Of a DNA stretch of 64,000 nt, positions 63,445 to 64,000 are shown one piece after another. The position numbers and the translations under genes are program-made. Within the stretch, counting starts at the first letter, position 1. Every line of letters starts with the position of its first letter. Below the pieces are notes generated by a model. The model ran no database searches. It was not told where the DNA came from and saw only the letters and a program-made list of their open reading frames with translations. Source of the stretch: an uncultured Acidimicrobiia bacterium (GTDB taxonomy: Bacteria; Actinomycetota; Acidimicrobiia; Acidimicrobiales; AC-14); NCBI GenBank assembly GCA_963836205.1, contig CAWIIV010000020.1, forward strand, positions 120,992-184,991. Direction: 5' to 3'.

Positions 63445-64000
63445 GGCCGGGCCGGCCGCAACAGCGGCACCCGGGGGTCGGCCACGCCCTGTGCGACATC
63501 ACCGAGAAGGTTGCCGACGTAGACGAAGACGGTCGTGGCCATGACGATGCCAAGCAAGAGCGGTACGTCGCCCCGGATGCCGGCCGCAGCCGTTGCCTGG
63601 CCGAGGCCCGGATAGCTGAAGACGGTCTCGACCAGGATGGCGCCGCCGAAGAGCTCCGACAACGAGGCGAACTGCAGGAGCAGGGCCGGCACCGCCGCGT
63701 TGCGGACCAGGTGGTGGCGCAGCATTCCTCGCCGTGCTCGCCCTGGGCCCGGGCGAAGACCGCCGCGTCGCTGTTCAGGAATGCGACGGCCTGCTCCCGG
63801 GTGTGCAGGGCGATGGAGCCCACCCCGACGATGGCCAGGGTGGCCGCCGGCAGGACCAGGTGGTGAAGGCGGTCCACCAAGCCGATCGAAGACGGGTCAG
63901 TGCCGATCGGCCCCACGCAGCACACCGGTGCCCAACCCAACGAGATGGCGAAGACGTAGAGGAGGAGCAGGCCATCCAGAACGTGGGCGCCGAGGCCAGG
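63441..64000 (-). CDS. Peptide/nickel ABC permease (DppB-like), partial and frameshifted
   Basis: HLVLPAATL, ARAQG, RNA, ETVFSYPGLG. Confidence 0.85.

Overview
High-GC actinobacterial-type chromosomal window (Acidimicrobiia-like by gene content; inference). About a dozen single-base frameshifts sit in otherwise intact genes, which looks like long-read assembly indels. No rRNA, tRNA, CRISPR array, integrase or transposase was found. Main content: an egtA-like/DM13/anti-sigma cluster; two Rieske-fusion enzymes (ThDP enzyme and FMN glutamate-synthase-like); an AT-richer single-gene insert encoding a P-loop NTPase-TIR protein (candidate anti-phage effector); two DUF222/HNH genes behind identical LexA boxes; a UvrD-HRDC helicase behind a PafBC-type promoter; orphan hypAB; a broken poly-HAMP kinase; ku bracketed by two 54-bp palindromes; Zn/Cu resistance genes including a CopA-cupredoxin fusion; an 11-kb PHA locus with two PhaC, a candidate phasin, an XRE regulator, MaoC, two Hbd, thiolase and AceE but no phaB; VapBC; a mucin-like surface protein; and a Dpp/Nik-type ABC operon. 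The best candidates for undescribed biology are the PhaB-less twin-synthase PHA module, the NTPase-TIR gene, an unknown three-gene locus with a duplicated PH-like domain, and a micro-ORF operon with a structured leader.
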